A DNA stretch of 64,000 nucleotides. Origin: Octopus sinensis. Taxonomy: Eukaryota. Both the position numbers and the translations under genes were made by a program. Where the stretch lies: contig NC_043000.1 of assembly GCF_006345805.1 (NCBI RefSeq), forward strand, positions 130,572,001 through 130,636,000, given 5' to 3'. This document shows, in pieces, positions 53,485-64,000 of the stretch (within the stretch, counting starts at the first letter, position 1; each line of letters opens with the position of its first letter). The notes under the pieces were generated by a model. It ran no database searches. It worked only from the letters and a program-made list of their open reading frames with translations, and was not told the DNA's origin.

Positions 53485-55022
53485 GAGGCCTTGAGCTTGT
53501 GCATCAAGTGGACAGACAGCAAATTTTTATTCTTATTTTTGAAGGCCCTCGGGTTCGTGGGCTTGTAGATCAATCCTGGTTTCATCATGAAGCTAGCAAC
53601 ATTGCCACACGCAATTAACACCACTCTGTCCTTCTGTGCTTTAAATGCTGGGGCTCTGATTTCATCCTGTATAGATGTGCGTTCTGGAAGGCATCTTCTT
53701 CAAACACAAGCCAGCCTCGTCCACACTGAAAACCTGTTCAGGCTTGTATCCCTTGTCCTCGATGATCTACCTGAAGGTCTCGAGGCACTTCTCGGCGGCT
53801 TTTTTATCGGCTGATACTGTCTCTCCATGCAGGGAAACACACTTTATTTTAAACCGTTTCTGGAAACGGTTAAACCACCCCTGGGTGGTTTGAAAGTTTT
53901 CGGGCTCCGGTGCTGTCAATGGTCTTGGTTGCAGTTCTTCGGTGCCTTCTGCTTCTTCTCCTCTGTCGCACTGCTGGTATAATTTCCACGCTTTCTCGCG
54001 GATAATGTTGCCGCCCAAGGGGATGTTTTTCTTCTTGCAGTCACTGATCCACAATGCCAAGGCAGATTCCATACCCACGAAGTGCTTATTTCTCACTATC
54101 GTTATTATTTTGGCACTTTCACAGAAACGTACTGGTACAGTGGACCTGGTCGCCACCTCGTTCTTCTTTATGTGGCGTATGGTTCTTTCGTTGACAACAT
54201 AACAGCGACCTACTGTAGCATAACTTTTACTTTCCCGGAACATATCCAGCAGTTGTGCCATCTCATGGAACGTCATAACCTTTTTCTGGCGCTAAGGTTC
54301 ACTGCCAGAAGCCTTAGAAGGTGCAGGGAGTTTGGGTGGGATCTTAGGGTTTTAATAACACGCTGCGAAAAACACAGCACTCAACAAAACACTGGAGATA
54401 ACTACTGGACGCAAGTTTTCCAATAAAAAAAACTACAAAAAAATCTTCATTGCGTCTAATATGCGCTTACCACCAATGGGAGATTGAGCAGAGATTAAAA
54501 ATAATCATTGTTTTGAAAAGTTTGGTTTGTATTACCACTAGATACAGTAATCTATACTGAGAGAGTAAGTGAGTGAGGAGAGAGAGAGAGAGAGAGAGAG
54601 GAGGGGATCAGTAAGTAACTTAATTTCAATGAGGCTATATTGGCTCACAACCTTAAAAATTATCCTGTTGAAATAAACATTGTGTGTGATCAAATGTAGC
54701 GATGATTTTTAAAAATGCGCTGGTAGTCGCTCTACTAATTGGCAAGCTTTGATTGGAAGTAGGAATAAGAGATACAAGATACAGTATACTTGTATCTAAA
54801 AAAAATCAAGCGAAAAATCTGCTGCGAAGGGGCGTCCAATAAACCGGCGATTACGTTATGTTACCATGAATAGTTTAGCCTTAAAAAGTGTGGAAATGTA
54901 TATATTGCTACAAAAAAAGGTCATAAAAATTCGCGGACGATATTTCTGATTCTGCGAATATGCAGTGGTTTCCGCGACCAATTATCAGTTCCGCGAATAA
55001 CTGGGACCGCGGGAGTACACTG
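53485..55022 (-). mobile_element. Tigger/pogo-type DNA transposon, 3'-truncated
   Basis: Terminal TA plus CAGTGTACTCCCGCGG TIR at 55022. CENP-B-like HTH ORF at 53767-54276 (MESALALW...IIREKA...GWFNRFQKR...LHGE), followed by VFSVDEAGL and KPGLIYK..NPRAFK of a DDE_1-type domain. Confidence 0.85.
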
Positions 55023-55493
55023 TATTAATATTTGTCTAGTTTTGCTTTGCATTAAGGGAGGAAATTGCATTGAAATTGCTCATTGTTGTAACCGCATTGT
55101 GGGCCGGCGATGTCACTGATGGAATTGTTTTTCGGTCGTGTTATTCTTTGCTCCACAGTGAAAGATTGTTTTTGAGCTGAAGATTGTACCGTTTTGGTCG
55201 TCGAGACCACTTCTTTTCTGCTGTTACAGCAGAATTTTGCTGTCATTTCCCCCCTTGTTTCAAGGAGGAAACAGCTAAAAACATGAATTTGTCACCAATT
55301 TCTTCCGCGTTCGAGGAAACTATGAAATTCTGTTTCAAGACATAGAGAGGAGTATGAGGAAGGAGAGCGGTAAAGATATTGATGCGTCGCACGCGATCGT
55401 TACAAAGGCAGACGATAAAATATCTAGCGAGGCTACACAGCAGTAAAAATCTAGAGTTAATTTTGCGAGTGCAGCAACTCGCTCCTGTGAAAA

Positions 55494-55889
55494 TCTTTAT
55501 ATATAAAAGTGAGGTTGTGTGCTGTCTGTCTCCTACGATTTAGATTCCTAACTACTCCCACATTTTGCGGTGCAGTTTAACCAAAACCGGGTATCTTATA
55601 GTCGTGATTCATATCGAGCCCTTCTGCGTATTAGCGCGCGTCTACAATGAGTCTACGATTTTTAAAAAGATTTACCATCAATTTTTCCCATTTTTAATGC
55701 ATTTTTGGCATATATAAGGGAAGTAACACTCTAAAAATTATTATTAAATCTCAGAACGTAAAAAGCTACAGTAACACCCCCCCCCTTGTGGTTAGTCATA
55801 TTGAGATGGCTATTATACTTTACATCTCTAAAAATGCTTATATAGTTATTTCCCTTACAAACCCGAGCAACGCCGGGCGATACTGCTAG
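55494..55889 (+). mobile_element. Non-autonomous Helitron, 396 bp
   Basis: Inserted between A and T. 5' TCTTTATATATAAA, 3' hairpin CCCGAGCAACGCCGGG (55862-77) and terminal CTAG. Confidence 0.85.
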
Positions 55890-56129
55890 TATTGTATTTT
55901 TGTCATACGATGACAAATATAACCGCTGAAATCCTGAAGTTTACAATTATCAGTAATATTAATATCATAATACAATTATATTTGCAAGCAAATCTCTAAA
56001 ATACGTTGGTTACAAATAGCATGTTCGTGTGTTTATATGCTTGTAGTTTGTTATATGATAAGAATGCTATAGAATTTTTTTCTAATAATTTCTCCTGTTT
56101 ATAATTCAATGTAATATATTTTGAATTCT

Positions 56130-56290
56130 GTCCATCGCAGCGTTACTCATTTTTGCCAGCTGAGTGGACTGGAGTAACGTGAAATGAAGTGTTTTGCTCA
56201 AGAACACAACGCGTCGCTCGGCCCAGGAATCGAAAGCACAATCTTATGATCATGGTGCTGACGCCCCTAACCACTAAGCCACGCGCCTTC
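56130..56290 (-). mobile_element. SINE family D, 3'-truncated
   Basis: GGCGCGTGGCTTAGTGGTTAGGG head and body CCAGTCCACTCAGCTGG. Confidence 0.8.
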
Positions 56291-56794
56291 ATAAAAAATA
56301 ATAGTAAAAGATAAAACTGTCGATGTCTCCATCACAATCACCATTTCCTTGCTATATCCTTCACTAAACTCACCACTGTATTCACTGAGTACCGCACTTC
56401 CCGCATCACACTTCGTTGAATGGCACTGCTCAGGGATTCCAAGATAGCTGGTCCAAGGTCCTGCTATATAAAATCCCAGCCGCCCAATCCATTTCAGGAA
56501 GTTGAACTAGGTATACCTGAACGACCGCAGTTTCAAACGTAAATGCACGCCAAATCGCACCCTACGATCTTGGAACACAAAATATGAGTATGCTCTTAAG
56601 CAGAGTACTTTCGACCGCAAGTCTACTCAATTTGCTGACATCTGGGTGATATAAAACCAACAGCGTACTTTCCCATATGTCTAGTTTATTCACTGTGCAA
56701 TATCATATCTTTGAGACTATATACAATGTTATTCCTACATACTAATCACTATATTTTGATTTACATTTATACTGGCGTTTTAAAGAATTACTAT

Positions 56795-57155
56795 TCTCTT
56801 ACTTTCCTTTACTTGTTTCAGTCATGCGACTGTGACCATGCTGGAGCACCGCCTTTAGTCGAGGAAATCAACCCCAGGACTTATTCTTTGGACGCCTAGT
56901 ACTTATTCTATCGGTCTCTTTTGCTGAACCGCTAAGTGACGGAGACGTAAACACACCAGCATCGGTTGTCAAGCGATGTTGGAGGGACAAACACAGACAC
57001 ACAAACGTATGCATACACACATACATATACATATATACGACGGGCTTCTTTCAGTTTCCGTCTACCAAATCCATTCACAAGGCTTTGGTCGGCCCGAGGC
57101 TATAGTAGAAGACACTTGCCCAAGGTACCAAGCTATTTACCACACAGCCACTCCT
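56795..57155 (-). mobile_element. SINE family B with a head deletion, flanked by 171-bp direct repeats
   Basis: Direct repeats at 56624-56794 and 57156-57326. Confidence 0.85.
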
Positions 57156-60100
57156 TACTCAATTTGCTGATTTTTGGGTGATATAAAACCAACAGCGTAC
57201 TTTCCCATATATCTAGTTTATTCATTGTGCAATATCATATCTTTGAGACCATATACAACGGTATTCCTATATACTAATCACAACATTTTGATTTACATAT
57301 ATATTGGCGTTTTAAAGAATTATTATGTAAAGATTTCATCGAAAATTATGGAAGTGGTACACTAGAGTTTCTATTCATGGAGAGCGTTTGTCTTTTATAA
57401 GCCCAAAACCTCAAAACCAGGGTGTGAGCAGTGGCTTTATGGTGTGTGGAAGTGGAACTCACTCGAAAATGGATGCTAAAAGAAGAAACAGATTCGTGCT
57501 CATTCATAAGGTAAAGAATTGTGTGTCACGTTTAGGGAATTTCATTTGTTCTATGTTGTATGATCTTAATTTGAGGAGTTTAATCAATTCATCTGCAGTT
57601 TTAATTAATTTTTCCTGACTAGACAAAATGCATGTTTTTGAAATGAATTAAATCTAATCGATTTAATCGATCATGGCAACTTACTGGGGCTTGTTTCATC
57701 GATCTTTGAAATTTGAAAAGCATAATTCTCCAAGGATGTATTTCAATGGACAACTGAAAGGCAACAAACCAGCGACGAATAGAACAGTTAATTAGGTATA
57801 CACATAATCCTACCAAACCTTCATCTTCCTTACCAATAGAAAGATACATTTGTGGCCACGGAAGCCTACCGGCGGGAAATAGCTCGATTGTCTGTGTAAA
57901 TTCACACGTCTCTTTTCTAAAATATACATTACACAAGCTATTTTGACCCGTGCTTCGCTCGGGTTTTAATGGTGGTGTTGTTTTGTGCGTGTTGTCTCCT
58001 TTTCCCTTTCTTCTTTTGTTCGTCTTCTTTGCCTGATTCTTTTTATTGCCCTCTTCTTTTTCTTTTTCTTATTTTAAAGATTTTTTCTTTGTCTTTATCT
58101 TCTTTCTCTTCTTCCACTCTTTCTTTTCTCCTTCTCATCATCTCCATAGCTGATGCCACCCCACCTTTCCAAAATCCCCCAAATTTTTACGCCCACAATT
58201 AAAGATAACCGCCTCTAGCCCCTGCAACAACACGAAAAGCCGCCATTATTCAAACAGCGCAACCTGTCTTTCTCATAAAACCCAATTTTTCCTATATTCC
58301 TCACAATGGCAACCAAACGGTAGCCCCGAGCGACTTGCAACCCTCCTCACATTTTACCCCCCAGTGTAAATTTTGGCGCCAATCCGCCTCCATCTACCGC
58401 CCCTTAAACCGTTCCCATCCCAAAAGGAGACAAATAACCAAAAATTCAAACAACGTTTTCGCATTTCAGCTTTATAGATATTGATAAGCTTATCCTGTAT
58501 GCTATTAAAGCGATGAGCTAATGATGGCGAGGAATTAGACATTGAACGTAGCTGTGCTCGGTTAGAACACAACAAATTTACAATGCATGGTAATACCATT
58601 ACTTTCATCAGCGGTGTGACATCCTCCTTCACCGTCGCTGAAACCAATAAGCTTACCCACTGAACAATTTATATTCATGTCACGTTGCTAGAAATATTTG
58701 TTTTATAGGTATAGTCCTTGAAAAATGAAATCAGAAATTTGCATTAATTGGCCTTAAAAAAACATTTGCTAATTTTGAATTAATGTGAGATCCCATTTTA
58801 CTAAAAAATTATAGGAAATAGTAGAAAATTTAAAAGATTGTGAATTCGTTTAACTAATGCCGTATTAACATATATTGCTTACTGATTTTCATTATACTGG
58901 CACACTGCCTTCAAAATTTTGTTGTTTTTTTACCTGAAATATCAACTCACTTATTTATACAAATCTACTCCTTATTACATCGATTATATACTTATTCAAT
59001 AGCCAATTTGTATATTTGAGACAAAACAGGTTTAACACTGCGTAAACCTAAGAACAGAAATGGAAACAGACACAAACACTCACACACATTGCTAGACTTA
59101 AAATTAAACTATTTTCAAATAACTCATCTTAAAAAATGAGTTAATGAAAATTGAGGTTATATGAAGAAACTAGTTCCAAGCTCACTATTCTATATGTATA
59201 TACGAAAAAGTAATGCTATGTCGAGTCAGTGAGGAAACTTCTACATGCTTGCTAAGCCTGCTAAAATTAGCAGCTAAATATCTTGCAAGTCTTACATTAC
59301 CGATTTATAAAAGAAAGGCATATCAGATAATGATGTGAACTTAGTTATACTGAATGGAAGATTGAAATGATAACAGTAGGAAGATTTTTTCACCATACTC
59401 CTGTTGGATCAAACCTAACCTAGGGTTAAACAACAGTACTTCTTCCAAGTTCATCAATATTAACATTAAACTATGATCTCTTATACCGATAACATATTAA
59501 TATAATTTTGGTTTGAATAAAGCAAGTAGGTGTTCTCTAACTAGTCTTTATAGTTGCTTATATGATTTGTTCCAGAATATAAACAAGTAACGGACAATGG
59601 TGTGAAATTAAGAAATTATATCTCTAAACATTGAAACTTTCAATGTTTGGAGATATATTTGCCATCGATTCCAAAACAAATATTGATGGAAATCATAAAT
59701 ATGATTAAATGAGCTATTTTCTCCTCAAGCAAGGAAACCATTCCTATAGAGATACTTCAAAGTGTATTTATAATTCAGATACTCTGCGAGTATATAATTG
59801 AATTTATTCAATAGGACGAAATAGAATATAGGGATCATCTGAATCTCACAACAGGAAACTAAAGAAGTAAAGTAAACAGTATAGTATGTATCGTTGCACA
59901 AACTTACACGCATATATATAAATTACCAAAACGCATACAAACGCAAGAACGAACGTCTTGTCAAAATAAATAGACACAAATATAGGCGCAGGAAAGAGAT
60001 ATGCATCAGTAGTTAGATAAAAAGCAAAATAATGGCTCTTTTTTGACTACACACAACGAAATAGATGCCAATTTATGATCCATCCACTCATTAAGGCTTG

Positions 60101-60279
60101 GATCGATTAGTTTGGAATGCCGATCGAAATATAACAATATCGTAGCTCACGAATAGTTTGTTTCTATTGAAAAAAATTCAGCACTATACACACATACATA
60201 CAGTTATAAATATACGAGCTACCAATAGTTTCTTCGTTGGAGACGTGGGTCTAGGCAGGAGAAACAATACATGTTATAA

Positions 60280-60712
60280 AGAATCCCTGGAAAAATGCGA
60301 CAGGAAATTATGTCACAGGCAAAAATGTGACAGTAAAAGTTCAACAGTGAAAATGTCATTGGTGAAAAAGCCACCGGAAAAAATGCTACCGGTTAATATG
60401 GGACAGAAAAAATTCCACAGATAAAAATCTCTCATGTTAAAAAGTGTGAGATGTATAGTCAAACCAAATTATGCATGATTGGTGTTTGTGCATTTCAAGT
60501 ATGGTCGTTTGACATTAGTCGCAGAAAATATCGTCCACACGTTGCGGAGCGGTTAGCAAATTTTCGATCATTTGCCCGACTCTGCAACTTTATGATCGAC
60601 ACGTGCAGTGCCACCTGAAAAAATTAAACATGGACTCCAGTTTTACCTGTAATATTTTATTCGGACATTTTTATCAGTGACACTTTTATTGTGGCATTCT
60701 TTCTAGTCACCG
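60280..60712. mobile_element. Possible foldback/MITE with degenerate ~15-bp tandem motifs in inverted ends
   Basis: Left end has repeated (G)GAAAAA(T)G(T/C)CAC-like units. Right end has complementary GTG(A/G)CATTTTT-like units. Confidence 0.4.
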
Positions 60713-60811
60713 TTATAAAGACCTACACTGTGTATACACGTGTCGGAATGTGTGTGCGTATGTGAAAGAATGTATATCTATATACACACACAAAATCACA
60801 CAAACACACAC

Positions 60812-60848
<37 letters not shown>

Positions 60849-61116
60849 GATGAGAAGATTGCATTTTACACCGTTTATTCTTTTGGAATAAAACCAATGT
60901 TGTCTTCGAAACATATGTCGAAAGTAAAGGAATTTGAATAGCATCAGCGTTCAACTCCATTTATTTACTAATACTACACAAATTACTGCACATTAACTCG
61001 GAGTTTCTGCCTTTGAATAGGTCGCTATATCCTTGTTACTTGCGTGAGTTTTGCTACCCTGGTAACTGTTTATTGAATTTTCCATGTTAACGGTAAACAA
61101 AGGATAATTCATTCAT

Positions 61117-61170
<54 letters not shown>

Positions 61171-61376
61171 ATAAGGGATCGTGGGTAAGTGAATGCAAGG
61201 TAAATCACAAGAAAACAAATATGTGAATTAATGTAGACTTACCTTGTATTCATTATTTCGGTGTTATGACCCCATTGTTGCTAACGTGTGCGTGTGAACG
61301 CATGTGGAGTGGGCATACGCAGAAATCCAGCTTCCTGTAACTCTTTTCTATTGTTAATATTAGGTTTATATATATA

Positions 61377-61419
<43 letters not shown>

Positions 61420-61714
61420 AAGATACATATATAGGTATATATATGTACATCAAAAGCAGAAGAGAAAGAACACAACGAACGGAAACCAACACAACACAAC
61501 ATGCGAGAAAATAGACGATAGTACACAAATGGCAAACAGGACAAAAACAAGATACACGGATCACTCGCAATTGATTTCTTCATCAGTCGGAATCCGGTTT
61601 GTCTTTGTAGTTTCGCCCCCTTATCTCCGATGTTACTCGAATCCGGCGGGTGCCAGGGACTTAAGCCAAAATTATTAAGCGTCTGGGAAAGGCAGCATAT
61701 ATCTCCCTACATAT

Positions 61715-62250
61715 TGGTTTCAAATTTTCACACAAGGCCAGCAATATGAGGGAGGTGGAGTAAGTCGATTATGTCGAACCCAGAGCTCAGTCGGTGCTTA
61801 TTTTATTCTTTTCTACTCTAGGCACAAGGCTCGATATTTCGGGGGAGGGGGCCAGTCGATTAGATCGACCCAGTACGCGACTGGTACTTAATTTATCGCC
61901 CGCGAAACGAGGAAAGTCAAAGTCGGCCGGTTGATGCTTATGCTATTGATACAGAAAGGAATGAAAGGCATAGTCGGCATAGGTGACATTTGAGCTCAGA
62001 GCACAAAGACAGACAAAATACATATTTCTTTACTACCCACAAGGGGCTACACACAAAGAGGATAAACAAGGACAGACAAACGGATTAAGTCGATTATATC
62101 GACCACAGTTCGTAACTGGTACTTTATTTATCGACCCCGAAAGGATGAAAGGCAAAGTCGACCTCGGCGGAATTTGAACTCAGAACGAAACGGCAGACGA
62201 AATACCGTTAAGGATTTTGCTCGGACTGCTAACAATTCTACCAGCGCGCC
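61715..62250 (-). mobile_element. SINE family A cluster or multimer
   Basis: Several bodies, with the head ending at about 62250 (CCAGCGCGCC). Confidence 0.8.
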
Positions 62251-63260
62251 ATCCTAATATGTGTGTGTGTATGTAAACACACACATGTATGTACGTATAT
62301 ATATATACGCGCATAGAGAGAGAGAGAGAGAGAGGTAGACAGAGACAGATGCAAATATGTAGTATAATTTTTAAGCATGTGTACATGCGTGTGCTTTCTT
62401 CCATAAGATCGCAATTTCATATTTCTAAGTGCATTAATGATATAATTTAACTTAGATAGTTACCACATAGTTGTTTCTCTTTTTTTTTCAGCAAATTCAG
62501 CGTGCCGAGATAGTTATATACTGTGAGAAAAAGAAAATCATTATCCAAACGGATTAGGTATTAATAACATATGTTAAAAAATATAGTGAAATTGATAGAC
62601 TTAATCATGATTAGTTACAAATATTTATACAAATTAGAAATTCGATAAACAGCAAATATTTGTCCCTTTTATTTATATATTTATTTTGTCTGTGTGTGTA
62701 GTGCCATGCATTTAAGTAGTTACGTACATACCATTACTGATACATATAAATGTTTTCACAAGAATGCAATGTATGTGTTTAAGGGTGTGCTCATCTGGTA
62801 TCATTCACAGTTCTGTATGTGTGTAAATGCATAAACGTGCGCATGCTCACACACAATCAGGCACACACAGAAACGAACATATATATATTCAATATGATAT
62901 AATATGATAGATACATAGACAAGCACACAAAGAGAGACAAAGAAAAATAGATAGAAAGATAGATAGATAGATAGGTAGGAAGGAAGATAGATAGAGATTG
63001 ATAAATAGATAGATAGATGGATAGATACATAGACAGGTAGGTAGGTAGGTAGGTAGGTAGGTAGGTAGGTAGGTAGAAAGATAGTTAGATAGATAGATAG
63101 GTAGATAGATGATAGATAGATATGTACGTATATATGTATATACATGTATGCATACACACAAACATATGTGCATATGTGTACATATGAATATACATTCATA
63201 TGTGTAAATGTATGTATACGTCTATATACATTCACATATGTATGAATATATATATGCATA

Positions 63261-63308
<48 letters not shown>

Positions 63309-63326
63309 GTAGACACACACACACAC

Positions 63327-63386
<60 letters not shown>

Positions 63387-64000
63387 AATGCATATGCGTA
63401 GATATATTTGTAAATATATATACATATGTATATATATATGAGAGAGGGGAAGAGGAAAAGAGGATAGAGAAAGAGAGGCAGAGAGACAGACCGAAAGATT
63501 CATACGCAACCACTTTACTTTCTCAAAACTTGTATATCCATGCAAGAAAAGACACACCGCACGCACAACACTAAACACTCATAGGACCGAACACAACCCA
63601 CTACATACACCTATCTTTAGAAACATTTAAAAGCACACGCGCGCCCGCACTCACACATTCGCACATACATACATTTAACCATGAAATACAAACAATGCCG
63701 ACAACGGAATATTGCAAATAAATAAATATATAAATGCCAGCTACTCAATTTAAAATTTGACATTAAGTACGTGGAATTTAAGTTAATATTTGAATTGAGG
63801 AGGGAAAAAAAAAACAAGTAAATTAGTAAAATACCGAAAGCTTTGTCAATAAATACATGGAGACAGAAATCTTCGGCGCAATTTCTTTCCAAATGTTCAG
63901 GATCCCACAATTTGAAACTGCCAGTATTTTGCGAAGGTCTGTGAGACGCATTCGCAGGTATTGTATATAGATATCCGTACACAGATATACATACGCACGC

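Noticed and set aside
55176-55212. CTGAAGA...GAGAC hammerhead-like string
   Set aside because: The GAAA core is absent and stems I and III cannot be formed.
56455-56495. TATATAAA next to GCCGCCCAATC, a possible promoter
   Set aside because: The motifs are short, their arrangement is ambiguous and no downstream exon is visible, so a chance match is likely.
57380-58660. Repeat-free stretches with small ORFs (57619, 58354) and TF-site-like motifs; similar stretches at 6520-7000 and 16320-16620
   Set aside because: No recognisable protein motif or splice structure. They could be conserved non-coding elements, but that needs a cross-species alignment.

Overview
An AT-rich eukaryotic window, intronic or intergenic, made up mostly of repeats. 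I found no convincing host protein-coding exon, and most of the ORF track is microsatellite translation. The repeat content suggests an octopus or other cephalopod genome, which is my inference from remembered repeat families and not a database result. It contains several tRNA-derived SINE families, TAA-repeat-associated R4/Dong-type LINE fragments, L1/Tx1 and CR1/L2-type RT remnants, a solo LTR, DD41D (rosa-like) mariner and Tigger/pogo remnants, Helitron and Helentron pieces, and a Merlin (IS1016-like) transposon. The most notable observations are: (1) an apparently intact type I hammerhead ribozyme at 38486-38584, inside a non-coding ~466-bp repeat arranged as a partial tandem plus an inverted copy (retrozyme or Penelope-like); (2) a tRNA-headed SINE with a minimal hammerhead motif in its 3' part (45419-45690); (3) a Merlin element whose right TIR has expanded into a 12 x 30-bp array; (4) a SINE flanked by a 171-bp direct duplication; (5) modular and multimeric SINE structures.
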